A model generated the notes under the pieces. That model was given only the letters and a program-made list of their open reading frames with translations. It did not search any database and was not told the DNA's origin. The position numbers and the translations under genes were made by a program. Below, piece by piece: positions 1-12,190 of a DNA stretch of 64,000 nt. Each line of letters starts with the position of its first letter. Within the stretch, counting starts at the first letter, position 1. The stretch is from Pecten maximus (lineage: Eukaryota): contig NC_047031.1 of NCBI RefSeq assembly GCF_902652985.1, positions 15,004,001 to 15,068,000 on the forward strand, read 5' to 3'.

Positions 1-107
1 AATCGCTCTATATGTGTCGGTATGTGATCTCGCGCATAAACACTTATGTTCTGTTTCTTCATGACGGGATCACAATTGATGACGCAACGAAGTTGACTGG
101 TATTCAT
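1..107 (-). CDS. Adenain-like maturation protease, N-terminus (cut by window edge)
   Basis: Reads MNTSQLRCVINCDPVMKKQNISVYARD, matching MNTSQLRCMIDCDPVMRKTIMGVYARD at 17377; ATGA overlap with the MCP stop. Confidence 0.9.
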   Translation of the reverse strand, partial: MNTSQLRCVINCDPVMKKQNISVYARDHIPTHIER

Positions 108-1425
108 GGTTTTAAAATATCTCTTGCAGCGTTGATTTCAAAATAGCCAGGATACTCGGCATAGACGATACAGCTGATGGTTTTTGGTAGTGTACTTCCG
201 AATGTTACCTCCAATCTGACGTTTCCCTGTTTCAGCAAGGTAAGATATTGACTTCCTTGAAATATCGGCTCCAAGTTGAATGAGTAGAGGGAATAACCAT
301 TTGAGATGCTCTCCCTATTTATTTCCAATCCACAATCGTATAACCATCTTCCAGTCGTTTTAAACATGTTCCTGAGAACTGGAATGGTGGTCTGGCCGGT
401 GGTGGCATTGTAATCGATTTTTATGGTGTTACCTCCTACGGGTATTCCGTCCACATAGAGACCAATGGATGTTAAGTTGAATGGTTGGAAGAACCATGGG
501 TTTTGATCGTAGGCTCCCGTGATAGCAGTTGCATCGACAAATCCAATTGTTACGAAATTTGGTCTCATTCCCTGAAATATGTTGTCGTACGTAAAACTGG
601 TACCTCCAGCTGGGAGGGTGATGTGTTTTAGTACAGTCTCCGTAAATGGATATTTTGCTGTAGTAGTAGTTAGGGCTTGACTTTGAGCATAGATGACGGC
701 AGGGTTAACCTTGACTTTAGCGATGCGTAGTCTAATATCTTCAAATTCAATCTTGTAGTCTGGAGTCTGTGTTCCGGACAATAGACAAAATTCAGGCTTT
801 GATCTGTACATCTTCACGTTTACGTTGACTTGATTAAGTAGGTATCTATCCATCCTGAATAGATCGTGAAATATGGGACCTTCTAAATCGACACTTTTAC
901 CACCCTCGAATAGTTCAGCTCTTTCCAGCAAAGCTAAGTTATTACCAGTCCTCACGTCTGTATCGTTCATCTCCCCATCGGTATCTTTGTTCCATAACTG
1001 AGTCGTCAGCTGGGATGTTTTAGCATCAGTTCCATATTTCAATAATGTCTGAATGTATGCCTTATAGGCATAATTACTTGTGGTAGAGACTACCGTTCTC
1101 CCTTGAAGTGTAACGTCTACTTGTGAAAATAGGGCAGGTAACAAAAAATTAACGGGTCCTATATCTTCGGTTGTGCTTATAGCAGATCCATCTGCCTTTG
1201 TTATCTTTATTTTAGAGTAAACTAGTGAATTTTTCATATCGATGTATTCATACCATTTTGACCGGAAACGACAAATTCTATTGGTGAATCCCCACTCATC
1301 TGTGATATCGGTAGTACATCTTGATAGTATACGTTTTCGACCGCTGTCTGTGTGGGTGGTAATTCAAAAAGTTCCAACTGTGAAGGTTGGGCTTCTCTGA
1401 AAAAGTCCTTGTTTATTGTAGCCAT
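104..1425 (-). pseudogene. Polinton major capsid protein (hexon-like), one frameshift near 1240
   Basis: ORFs 1234-1425 and 104-1237 together align end to end with the 440-aa MCP at 16058. Confidence 0.9.
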
Positions 1426-1895
1426 GATGATAGTAAGTGATTAGATTTCTTACGCTTCTGTGTTGGTTTCTTTGTGTGTTTACGTTTCTTTGTAGACTTA
1501 CGCTTCTGTGTAGACTTGCGTTTCTGTGTAGTTTTCTGTTTTGTCTTCTTTCCTGTCGGTTTTCTTCTGATGATGTGTACCCTTCGACGTTTCCTGTTAG
1601 AATGATTAGTTTTTAATTTTCTCTTCCTTTTTAATTCCGACTTGGCTTGATCCACAATCTGTTGCGAAGGTGATACCATGTTGATGTCGAGGTTTCGGGT
1701 TGGTAAGGCTTTCTCTCCGTCACTGCTGTACTTGTCGATGGGAACGATGAATTCAGTCGTATCACCTGATATGCTTCCTCCCCTTTGTTTTACATCTTTC
1801 ATATCTGTATAAGGATTGACCTTTCCATCCGTAACTTTCCGATAATACTGTAACCACTTACCCACATTGGGTACGTATAGATTAGAAACATTCAT
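1413..1895 (-). CDS. Lys/Arg-rich putative core (DNA-condensing) protein
   Basis: Homologous to 15609-16070; basic C-terminal half; lies between penton and MCP. Confidence 0.75.
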   Translation of the reverse strand: MNVSNLYVPNVGKWLQYYRKVTDGKVNPYTDMKDVKQRGGSISGDTTEFIVPIDKYSSDGEKALPTRNLDINMVSPSQQIVDQAKSELKRKRKLKTNHSNRKRRRVHIIRRKPTGKKTKQKTTQKRKSTQKRKSTKKRKHTKKPTQKRKKSNHLLSSWLQ

Positions 1896-2315
1896 CTGTA
1901 AAATGGATAGGCTTTAAAATGAAGTGTAATCGTTGCTGACTTTTTTAAGAATGAAGCAAAGTTATCGTCACTGTCTTTTATAGATATCTCTATATCTCTG
2001 ATTTCTGATCTCTTTACAGGAACGTATTGGGGAGTGTCAAGTGTTTGACTCCAGCTTGCAACCTTTTGAGCTTTCACCATTCGAAGTAGATTCTGCTTCT
2101 CACCGTCGACAATGGATTCTCCAACTAGATCACAGTGTACGTATAAATTTTCTCTCGTTTTCGTATTACTTGTTGCTACACATGTCAACGAGTGCTACAT
2201 TCCATGTACCATTCAGAGTAATGGCAGATTTTAGTTGGCAGCGAAAATGGTAGGGTTTATTGTCGGGAAAATAGTCGAGATTCTTGTCGCTGTTAATGAT
2301 GACGTAGTGTGTCAT
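1892..2315 (-). pseudogene. Minor capsid protein (penton-like), frameshift near 2185
   Basis: MTHYVIINSD..PDNKPYHF..LNGTWNVAL then LYVHCDLVGESIVDG..LLR..YVPV; homologous to 15187-15612. Confidence 0.85.
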
Positions 2316-3461
2316 GTTTGTTTGTTGTGACGTCTTTGATGTCCTTCTCTGAAATCCATTGGTTATATTTAGAGGGCCAACCCTCGAATTGGACGAGCCA
2401 CTCGATCTGACCTCCTCTCTTACGTTTGCGTATTTTTTTTATCTATAAACCATAAGGTTTGCTCGTCTTTGTCGACGCGTTGTAATTCTGACTGATAAAA
2501 ATTACCCTCGATGGGGTCTCCTAAAAAGTCTATCAATTGATACAGAGGTATTCCCTGCATAAGAAATCTTTTGTTTATCTTAAATATTTCGGATGACCAT
2601 TGTTGTTGATAGGCATGCTTAAACAACTGTTTTGTGTGTGATATACGAACTAAACTTCCTATCTTGAATCTGTAGGGATTGTTTTTTTCAGGTGTTTTTT
2701 TCCGTTTATTCCTTTTTAGTCTCAGTTTCTGTTTTTTCCTCAAGTACATGTAAGCAAATAAATCTGCTTGATTGTCGTCGTTAACATCTTTTGGAGCTAT
2801 ACCATTGAGGGAGCGGTGGGGTGTGGCATTATACGAATCGACAAATTTTTGTAAATCGTCGATATACCTATAGGTTCTATATTTAGTAAAGTAGCGAAAT
2901 ATCATGGTCTTAAATGTTCGATTAACGCGTTCTACCATTGAGGCGTGAAAATGACTGTGCAGTAAAATAATGAATGTTGTGATCATGACACCATTTTTTA
3001 AACCATCTATTATTATATTCTTTACCTAAGTCTGAATGAATTTTCTTCGGAATTCTACCCCTTTCAGCTATTTTCTTGAAGGCTTCTAATACTTCTTTTG
3101 CCGTTTTTGTTTTAATAGGTTCCACCCAGAGAAAATGACTGAACACATCGATAACCATCAACAAGTATTTCACACCGGAGTTATGCTTGGCAAGTGATGT
3201 CATGTCCAATAAATCGGTGTCATACTGCTCGAATGGCTCCCCAACTTCTACACGTGCGCGCTTAAATGAACGCTTCACAGGTTTTTGTAGACTGTAATCG
3301 TCGAGACTTTGAATGTATCGTCTGATCTTGTGCAAACCTGGAGAGTTAAATCCTTGTGATTTGAGTATTTGATGTACTTTTGTCGGACTGAGGAACGTTC
3401 CACCGTTATTAAAGTTATAATAAATGTCATCTACTCTCTGTTTTTCTTGTGGTGTCAACAT
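2293..3461 (-). pseudogene. Retroviral-like (rve) integrase with C-terminal chromodomain, frameshifted
   Basis: DTDL, IDVFS, HSDLGKE, VERVNRT, YNATPHRSL, WLVQFEGWPSKYNQWI; frame breaks near 2950 and 2435. Confidence 0.92.
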
Positions 3462-3853
3462 TTCCTACAATAGACATTCATTGTAAAGGTGAACATTTAT
3501 ATCATAAAGAAACAGTTATAAGTATTAACTGTATTAATTATAATGTTAACTAGTAATAAAGATAAAATAATTTCATAAATAAAGATAAAATAATTTCATA
3601 CATGGGAATATCTTTTTGATAAAATGTGCACCTTTACAATCATTAGTACGTAGAGACAAGACGGACTGTCGTTACATCTTTAATATAATAAAGAATTACA
3701 ATAATATCTTAATACTCAAATCGTTGTCTAATAAGTTTCCACATAAATGAGTTTATATATGTATAATTGACATAAAAGATTATAATAATATTGTTATACA
3801 TACTGAAGTGGCTGTCTCAATATCTTCCACATAAATGAACAAAAAGACCGTGG

Positions 3854-4135
3854 TTACGGTTTTATAAAGCGGTTCTCTAGACGATGCATAGATTGAATTA
3901 TTTTGTTAATCTTTTTTCTTCGCCATAGTTTTTTCAGTTCCATATTTCTCCATTCAGGACACAGTACTTTTAAAATATAATTGTTTCTAATATCGTCGGG
4001 AACTTTAAAACTGTTTACTTCTTCTATGAAATGTCTTAACATATCACTCTCCGATGTTTGTTGATACATGTGAAAGGCGTATACAAAGTTAAATAACGAG
4101 TCTATTTTCTCATTAATAGATTGAGTATCCTCCAT
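3854..4135 (-). CDS. Polinton accessory protein, unknown function
   Basis: Homologous and syntenic to 13679-13999 (shared F.V...RN....LC.EWR..E.K..W...SM.R.E..F.K pattern). Confidence 0.7.
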   Translation of the reverse strand: MEDTQSINEKIDSLFNFVYAFHMYQQTSESDMLRHFIEEVNSFKVPDDIRNNYILKVLCPEWRNMELKKLWRRKKINKIIQSMHRLENRFIKP

Positions 4136-4136
4136 G

Positions 4137-4571
4137 TTAAGCAAATAGTTTCGGTCTAACAATGTCTACTTTCTTCACAATCTTGAGGATTTTGCTAGAG
4201 AAATGACGTTTTACATATTCTTCACAACGAAACCGTTCGTCATTCATCAAGTTCTGTAACACGTGGGAGGGAACACAAGATTGAATAGAAAGATCCCGCC
4301 ACAGTTTCTCTACTTCTAGGTGGTTGACAGTTAACAAAGCTTCTTCAAAATATCGATCCACTATATCTTCACCGCTAAGCATCACACAATTGTGACCTTC
4401 CTGGTTAGCTTGACCCTCTAGGCATCCTGTACAGATAAAAAGTTCCGATATGACGTCTTTAACGTTCAATGCATAGGCTAGACATAACAATTTCGTCACA
4501 ATCTTCTTGTATGCTTTTTCCTCGATACGATTTCTCAGGTAAGAATGAAGTCTTTCCTCAAATGTATCCAT
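4137..4571 (-). CDS. Polinton accessory protein with CxGC-NQ-HxC putative Zn motif
   Basis: ELFICTGCLEGQANQEGHNC; homologous to 12700-13140. Confidence 0.78.
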   Translation of the reverse strand: MDTFEERLHSYLRNRIEEKAYKKIVTKLLCLAYALNVKDVISELFICTGCLEGQANQEGHNCVMLSGEDIVDRYFEEALLTVNHLEVEKLWRDLSIQSCVPSHVLQNLMNDERFRCEEYVKRHFSSKILKIVKKVDIVRPKLFA

Positions 4572-4853
4572 TAGCAAGATACTCTGTAACCTATGTGTTC
4601 CTTAAAAGTGACTAATAAATCAAAAACGGGATCATCAATGACGTAATCCTCTTCAGACCACACTTCTGCCAGTATCTTTGCTAGTTCGACGACGTGTTCA
4701 GGTTTTATGAATCCCGAATCGAAAGACCAACCTCTCTCCTCGATGAGTTCGTTAATTAGTGAACCATGTGTCCTATATTGCTGACATGTTGCAGCTACAA
4801 CCTAGATCATCTTTATCATCAACGTCATGCAAATAAAAAGTTAGACCTCCCAT
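4571..4853 (-). pseudogene. Polinton accessory protein, frameshifted (absent from ORF track)
   Basis: MGGLTFYLHD..GCSC then ..LIEERGWSFD..IKPEHV..FKEHIGYRVSC*, matching 12394-12657. Confidence 0.72.
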
Positions 4854-4854
4854 G

Positions 4855-5154
4855 TTATAGCGGTATTGTCATTTGTAGGTAAATACACTCTGTCGACCAC
4901 TTTTTATGTTCGTTTTCTACACTGTCGTAGGACATCCAGGAGCTCAACTGTACTCCACACATGAAACAGGTGACTTTATCGCTCTGTCTAGAATAAAAAA
5001 ATCCGTTTCGAGCAAGTTCGTTTGGGGTTTGGCGTATTTGTTGAGGCCAATCTTGGAAAGTTTGCAATCGATCCTTACACTTGATCATAGAATGATGTAC
5101 TGGTCGTATGTGGTACAAATTATGACGAAAACAATCTGTTCCGATATCTGACAT
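4855..5154 (-). CDS. Single-BIR-domain (IAP-like) protein
   Basis: RLQTFQDWP..LARNGFFY..DKVTCFMC-x16-H-x6-C, a complete BIR signature; no RING. Confidence 0.9.
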   Translation of the reverse strand: MSDIGTDCFRHNLYHIRPVHHSMIKCKDRLQTFQDWPQQIRQTPNELARNGFFYSRQSDKVTCFMCGVQLSSWMSYDSVENEHKKWSTECIYLQMTIPL

Positions 5155-5155
5155 G

Positions 5156-5395
5156 TCAATGTAGTAGAGCACAAATACACTGTAGACTTTCTGATAGAAA
5201 CAGTATCTTTTTAAAATAGTTTCCCGTTATTTGTATACTCTTTCCATTTTCTTTTAAACAGATCTTCAGCTCACCTTTGACTTTTTTAGCGATGACTTGT
5301 TGTGTTATACCAAGACGACAGTCTATTTGATTGTTTGATATATTTGTCAGAGTAATATCTTCCGCGACTATCCGATTGATGATCTCCTGAGCCAT
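5156..5395 (-). CDS. Small protein, possibly PC4-like ssDNA-binding fold
   Basis: VIAKKVKGELKICLKENGKSIQITGNYFKKI resembles the PC4 beta-beta-beta-helix pattern; TATA box just upstream. Confidence 0.5.
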   Translation of the reverse strand: MAQEIINRIVAEDITLTNISNNQIDCRLGITQQVIAKKVKGELKICLKENGKSIQITGNYFKKILFLSESLQCICALLH

Positions 5396-5422
5396 TAGTG
5401 GTGACTTCAAGTGTCCACCTGG

Positions 5423-5430
5423 TTTATATA
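5423..5430 (-). promoter_or_regulatory. TATA box of the first gene of copy A
   Basis: TATATAAA on minus strand, about 28 nt before the ATG at 5395. Confidence 0.55.
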
Positions 5431-5815
5431 TGCAGTGTTACACATACCATAGCTTGTAAAAAGTGATAACCTGTTGAGACTTGACTATTGTCAAATTACT
5501 ATGAACATGTCTAATCTTGTCAGCTTTACCTTCACAAATAATGAGTTGTCTGTAACGTAGTTATTTTTAAACAATATTTTTCTGTGTCGTGTTACTCTTA
5601 AGGTCATTTGAGGACATTGTCTAATCTCGAACACAGACTGAATGTGTACATATTCACGCTCGATTTATCACACTGTCCACCTAGACTTCTGTTGTCGTGT
5701 CCGGTATGAAAGGACTACCACGTGACTGTAAACAAACGGAGGGTGGCAATCTATACAAAACATTGCACCATGGCTATTTTTAAGAATGCTAAGGGTACCC
5801 ACCATTGTATTATCA

Positions 5816-6029
5816 AGTCAATCCTCCCACCTTCCAGTCCTGTGACGTCATATCTTCTATTGTTATCATCAGGTCAATCCTCCCACCTCACATTCCTGTG
5901 ACGTCATATCTCATTATCATCACATATATTGCATCATCAGGTCATATATATTGCATCATTAGGTCAAGGTCATAATCCTCCTGTCAAGGAGGATTAGGGA
6001 GGATCTGGCACCGGTATTTCACCCCTACT
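5816..6029. repeat. Terminal region (probable TIR) of Polinton A with short repeats and a hairpin
   Basis: Two TCAATCCTCCCACCT..TCCTGTGACGTCATATCT units; 10-bp inverted repeat 5973-5996; terminus ..CCCCTACT. Confidence 0.65.
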
Positions 6030-6780
6030 TATATAGCTTCAGGAAATTCCTGTATACCAGTGTCCCTAAACCTTTGTCCTGGATATACAATTAAAGGTGC
6101 GACATAGTCTCCAAGGGCATTGAAACATGCCATCACGGTAATCTGCTGTTTAGTGTTCGCCACAACTTGATAAACATGCTTTGCGCCGGTTTGTGTTAAA
6201 ACTTTTCCAGACTTCATGCACAGAGGAAAGCCGGATTCGTCTGCGTTAAATATCCGTCTAGGGTTCTGAATGAGTAGTTCCGAATTGGGAATTTCCTTTT
6301 CCAGAAAGGTAAAAAGGCCATCATACCACGCTTCTACCATTGGCACTGAAATCGCGGCGCGCTCATGTCCTGTGGAATTCTTTCTGAAAGATCTGGGTGA
6401 CGCTTCATAAACGATGTATACCAGTCATAGCCTGGCAAATTGTCTTTGAATGGCGTCTTTCTCCCATCCAAATCCATAAGTCGTTTGACTTCAAAGGAAA
6501 GTTCCTTTCTCGTAATCGGGTACCCGATTTCTGCCATGATATTAGTGTAGTTGACAAGAGTTATCTCTTCAGCCTTCGTTAAGACTGGTTTCGGACCAGG
6601 TTTTGTTGGTTCCTCTGGTACTCTATTTGCCAGCTTATCCAGTAGAGTTGTTTTAGGAACCGAATACACTTTTGAAGCCCTGTTTTTTGCCATACCGTTT
6701 CTCACTGCTTCAATGGCTAATGCCACGTTTTCAGGGGAGTATTGTATCCTTTTCTTTTTCACAAGGAGTTGAGACGCCAT
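6030..6780 (-). pseudogene. pogo-family transposase (HTH-psq, CENP-B HTH, start of DDE_1), disrupted
   Basis: ASKVYSVPKTTLLD, PGYDWYTSFMKRHPDLS, RIFNADESGF, ITVMACFNALG; truncated at 6030. Confidence 0.88.
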
Positions 6781-7917
6781 TTTCTAAGAAAGAAGGACAG
6801 GTGTGAATTAATATCTTATTGATTAGTTTTTTTTTGTTTTCGTTTTTGTCAGTAGCAGCATAATGCACCGGAACACATTCATATTCGCTTAAACTAAGCA
6901 AAATAAACTTTATATAACCTTTTACATTTCGCAGAACTAATATTTATCATCAATCTGATGCGTAACGTTGTGCTAATTATTTTCTCTTAATTGTTTAGTT
7001 GTTATGCTATGACATTACTCCTGATTTGGGAAATTTAACGTAAATGTTAGAGTAGGATAAAAGCTCAATCTGATTCATTTGGGACTGTTCTGGTAAATAA
7101 ATATGAACACAATTATAACTAAAAAGATGAGAAATAATTTGATAAATGTATAAATTTTGCTGTAAGCTTAAACTCACCAAATTTCAAAATTGATTTTAAT
7201 TATTCGGGTTTTTTTAGTTATGTTCCACCGCATATTCTAATTCAGATTAATTACAACAACAACAACAACAAAATAGAAATTAAAATTAAAAAAAGAAAAT
7301 ATGCGTCGATGGGTGTATTCGAACACGTCCTCAATTGCAATAAAAAGATACGCGAGACAACCACGTTGACCATTACACTACCGCAAACAACATATAACAA
7401 TGTGTCAAACATGTATATAACATATATATTGTCAAACTCTACATGCGGAGCTGTCCGTTATTTTTCCATTAAGCCAACGGTCGATAATACCCTGCGATTA
7501 TAATTTCGTCAGGGTATTATCGACCATCCCATTTTTTTCTTGGAGCTGACCTAACTATCCCTTTTTTCATTAAAACCTTAAAATACTCTTTCAAATACAG
7601 TTCATACAATAAATATCTGCCAGAATATCTGTTTGTACATCTCAAAAAACACACTTTCATTTTCCCTTACCTGTTAAATTCTGTCGTAACGTTGCGTAGT
7701 TTTTAAAGACCCGCGCTAGCCACTTTCATCAATGTCATCCATAAGGAATTTAAAGGCTCTCAGATATCTAAGGAAAACCTCAAGTTATTCCGAAAGGGAA
7801 AATTCTGAGTGATGGAAGCGATTGAATGACAAGACAACACTTTTAACGACTTTTATCAAGCTTTAATAAGGCAAATGGTCGATAATACCCGGTGGTCGAT
7901 AATACCCCAGTGTGCTC
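6030..7917 (-). mobile_element. pogo/Tigger-like DNA transposon, 5' part
   Basis: Transposase plus a terminal sequence with tandem GGGTATTATCGACC motifs (7877-7907) ending at a TA (7918-7919); the same motif forms an internal 16-bp inverted repeat at 7479-7525. Confidence 0.8.
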
Positions 7918-8883
7918 TAGATCTGAACGTGATCGGAAAAATCTTTAATGCATTCCCGAAAGGAGGATTTGTGTTCTTCGGGTAATGCACTCGATTTTGC
8001 CCTCACGTGTAGAGTAAGGTTAATATCAGGTGTTTCGACAAGCCATGGCGGTACATCTGATACGGTGTATTCGCCTATGTTGTCTAAGCTTATGTTAAGT
8101 TTAAGCCGGGTTTTTCGGGTTGGATTTCAATTGGGCGGCATATTGAAGAGTAAGTTTTTTCCTTCGGTCATTTAAAGATGGTTCATTTGCCTCTACATAA
8201 AGGCTCTGCACTGGTGTTGTTCGGAAAGCACCAAGTGCTAGACGTAATCCTTGATTATGGATAGGATCCAACATTGGCAGGTAAGAATTCCGTGCCGATC
8301 CATAAACGATGGACCCATAGTCGAGTTTTGATCGAATAAGTGCCCTATAAAGGCACAAGAGCATTTCACGGTCCGCACCCCAGTCGGTGTGGGATAGTAC
8401 GCGTAAAATATTCATTGCCTTTGAGCACTTATCCTTTAGGTGTTTAATATGTGGAACAAAGGAGAGTTTTGAATCGAAAATTAGTCCGAGAAATTTGGTT
8501 TGCCCTACAACTGGAATTTTAGCTTCCATTTAATGTTAGATCGGGATCATTATGTGGCTTTCGTTTTTGGCAGAAGTGCATGCAGACAGTTTTTGGTCTG
8601 GAAAATTTGAAGCCGTTTTCATCTGCCCATGTTTGTAGTTTGCCCAAACATTGTTGAAGTTGTCGTTCTATCGTGTGCATGTTCTTCGACCTATAGCAGA
8701 TCAAGAAGCCTATAGCAGATCAAGAAGTCATCAACAAATAGAGACCCTTCAGTTGACTTACCGAGACATTTAGTTATACTGTTGATTTTCAGACCGAAAA
8801 GAGTTACGGAAAGGATCCCACCCTGAGGGACTCCCATTTCCTGTTTAGCTGTTTCAGAAAACGTTGAGCCAACGCGAACCTTA
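7918..8883 (-). mobile_element. LINE fragment (RT C-terminal part to start of RNase H), same family as 59975-62535
   Basis: Near-identical inverted copy of about 61466-62505, with an internal deletion near 8103 and a short duplication near 8690-8727. Confidence 0.92.
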
Positions 8884-9494
8884 TTTTACCAAAACAGGTT
8901 TAACCGGTCTCTTTGTTCAAATTATGGGTGTGTCCGGACATTTCGCCACAATTTAGTTAGTTGTTTTGCCGCAAACCTTATCCACTAAGCAAATCGTTCT
9001 GTAAATAATAAAATTGATTTCATTAAATTTCACGTTGTAAGAGATTACCTTCGGCTTTGATTAAGTGTGAGAGTTGAACACTACTCTCCTATTTAGGGCG
9101 GTTATCACCAGAATCGTCTCACGACAACTCGTCCCAAAATAGTAATGACTGATACCATTTCGCCCAAAATAATTATCTTAGCCATCTCGCCTTAAACGTC
9201 CAGCATTTTTAGCCTGTGACTAGTGTAAAGGGAGGAGTTAAGGCCAGGCCGCTACGGATACACTGCAATCTAATTTTAGACACAGAGCTGATAACAATAC
9301 AGGGAGCACATGTATAAACAAAGCACCATTGTTCTACCTTACCGCTATCATTGATGAAGTAAATTTCCAGTTTGTTTTCAATATGGTCACACATTGACAT
9401 ACAATCACTATAACAAAGGGTTGGAGAAACACTGACACTAGTATCTTGTTAAATGTAAAATTTGTAACAAATATTTCATACACAACTTTTTCAT

Positions 9495-9886
9495 CTAGCT
9501 GGTATACATATGCTCCATCCACAGAACCCATATGTATTCACGAAAATTGTATGTTTTCCTTTTGTGGACAGAGGACCCTAACTTTTGTCGATGTGTTTTC
9601 ATGTCTTCAAATATGGTTTGCCTTGATGTAATTGGCCTATCAACATGCTCATTCCAGTCTAGAATCGAATGATTGATTCTCATTTTGTAAGAGCATTTAT
9701 TAAATACAATCCGTTTGTCATGGTACTATAGGAGGGAATTGTTGAATGATTCCACGTAGTGTGTCTTTACAATAACAGTAATCTTCAGCATTTTTGTATA
9801 CTTGTAATTTTAAAAGGAAATCTTTCAACATTTTTTCAGCCTCTGGAGACCTAATAGTATTTTTCGTGCTTTCATAGCCTGGATCA
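9495..9886 (-). pseudogene. C-terminal fragment of a DDE transposase (Kolobok/Mutator-like; family uncertain)
   Basis: Across a frameshift reads KDT.YVESFNNSLL*YHDKRIVF..YKMRINHSILDWNEHVDRP; abuts the PolB fragment. Confidence 0.5.
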
Positions 9887-11113
9887 GACTTGGGATACGT
9901 ATTTGAAGTTGATCTGGAATATCCAGACGAGCTCCACGACAATCATTCCGATTACCCCCTTGCACCGGAACGCAAAAAAGTCTCCGACAAAGAATTGTCA
10001 CCTACCAGTAAAGAGATGTGGAAAATATTACATCCAAACCCTAAACACACCGATGACAATTTACATGGGCGCGTATCGACAGAAAAACTGATACCAACAT
10101 TAGAAAACAAGACCAAATACATCTGCCATGGTAGAAATCTACAATTGTACATGGAACTGGGTCTAAAATCACAAAAATCCACAGAATTTTGGAATTTAAA
10201 CAAAAACCCTGGTTACGCCCATACATACAATTCAACACATCCAAAAGAGCGTCCTATAAGAACGAGTTTGAGAGATTTTTTTAAACTCATGAACAATGCC
10301 GTATTTGGAAAGACAATGGAGAATGTACGATCGCGAGTCGATATCAAGTTGGCTCACACGGTCAAAAAATTCAAAAAATATGTGGCAAGACCTTCGTTTC
10401 AAAGATTCACAATCTTTAACGAAGACTTGGTAGCCGTTCAGAACGATAAAATCAAACTAGTTTTGAACAAACCTGTATATGTAGGACAGACCATTCTAGA
10501 TCTGTCGAAGTGTATCATGTATGAGTTTTTTTACAAGTACTTAAAACCCAAATATGGGAATGGTATAAAATTACTCATGACAGACACAGACAGTCTATTA
10601 TACCATGTTCAATGTGCAGACATCTATGATGACATGTATCGGGACAGATATCTGTTCGATCTGTCCAATTATCCAATCGAGCATCGCTGTCACGATACAA
10701 AGAACAAAAAAATACCCGGATATTTCAAGGACGAAACGGGAAGCGAACCCATTGCAGAGTTTGTAGGGCTCCGTGCAAAAATGTACTCCTACATCTATGC
10801 CATACGTACACAGATAGAGATTGAAAATCGTACCGTTCTTTGGAACGATATGAAAGAAAAACAGATAGCCAAGGGTGTCGCAAAAACGACCATCAGACGC
10901 GATCTAAGGCACAAAATGTACAGAGAGTGTTTATTCGGAAACGAAATCAAAATGTGTAAAATGAATTCAATTAGAAGTGATAAACATCAACTCTACGTTC
11001 ACAACGTCAACAAGTCGGGTCTGTGTGCCTTCGATGACAAGCGTTGGGTCTTACCCAATCGGTGCGATACGCTCGCATACGGTCATTACATACTTTCCAC
11101 TATGGGTTGGTAA
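9887..11113 (+). pseudogene. polB: pPolB C-terminal fragment (Polinton copy D)
   Basis: KLMNNAVFGKTME, MTDTDS, EFVGLRAKMY, AKGV, DDKR; 5' part missing; two compensating indels about 10168-10275. Confidence 0.92.
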
Positions 11114-11689
11114 TGAAAACACAAATGTAGTTTCACAAATATTTATTTGTCAGACATCAGTCGTCATGGAAAATATTGTAAAACTATGTATACATGCTTT
11201 GGATATGTTGTTTATAGATTTATATGTTGTAAATATGTTGTACAATTGCTATATTTTTTTTTAAGAACTTTTTGATTATATACTCTTGTATTATTACAAT
11301 TGTAAGAATAAAAAACTTTAAGAATATGTTTCCAAACTAAATTAAGATTAAGCTGTAGAACAAAAGACAAAGATTAAGTTGTGAAACAAAAAAAAATAAA
11401 GATAAAAACATTAAGTTGAATAACAAAACTAAAACACGGATTAAGTTTGAATACTAATCTAGGGTAAAGATTAGAAGAAAAAAAGTTTAAATGTAAACTA
11501 GAAAAAAATAAAGTTGAAAAAAAAACAAAAAAAAAAACAAGGATTATATTTTAATACAAGTTCAGAGGAAACGTTCATTGGTAAAACGAAAAAAAAAAAG
11601 GAATGAAGTTGAAGAAAACAAATTAATACAAACAGAAAAATTTAATTGTAGAACAAAATTGGGAGAACAAAAAATAAAAACTGAAAAGA

Positions 11690-12189
11690 NNNNNNNNNNN
11701 NNNNNNNNNNNNNNNNNNNNNNNNNNNNNNNNNNNNNNNNNNNNNNNNNNNNNNNNNNNNNNNNNNNNNNNNNNNNNNNNNNNNNNNNNNNNNNNNNNNN
11801 NNNNNNNNNNNNNNNNNNNNNNNNNNNNNNNNNNNNNNNNNNNNNNNNNNNNNNNNNNNNNNNNNNNNNNNNNNNNNNNNNNNNNNNNNNNNNNNNNNNN
11901 NNNNNNNNNNNNNNNNNNNNNNNNNNNNNNNNNNNNNNNNNNNNNNNNNNNNNNNNNNNNNNNNNNNNNNNNNNNNNNNNNNNNNNNNNNNNNNNNNNNN
12001 NNNNNNNNNNNNNNNNNNNNNNNNNNNNNNNNNNNNNNNNNNNNNNNNNNNNNNNNNNNNNNNNNNNNNNNNNNNNNNNNNNNNNNNNNNNNNNNNNNNN
12101 NNNNNNNNNNNNNNNNNNNNNNNNNNNNNNNNNNNNNNNNNNNNNNNNNNNNNNNNNNNNNNNNNNNNNNNNNNNNNNNNNNNNNNNNN
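11690..12189. other. Assembly gap
   Basis: 500 N. Confidence 1.
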
Positions 12190-12190
12190 C

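Larger units (their letters stand above)
1..6029 (-). mobile_element. Polinton/Maverick copy A, left arm (continues beyond window start)
   Basis: Gene order PC4-like, BIR, three small ORFs, integrase, penton, basic protein, MCP, protease, collinear with copy B; ends in 5'-AGTAGGGG (minus) at 6029. Confidence 0.93.

Noticed and set aside
1234-2960. Programmed frameshifting in copy A MCP, penton and integrase
   Set aside because: Homologues in B are continuous; decay or sequencing indels explain the breaks
10165-10275. Novel 35-aa segment in PolB of copy D
   Set aside because: Two compensating indels; the conserved sequence is present in the shifted frame
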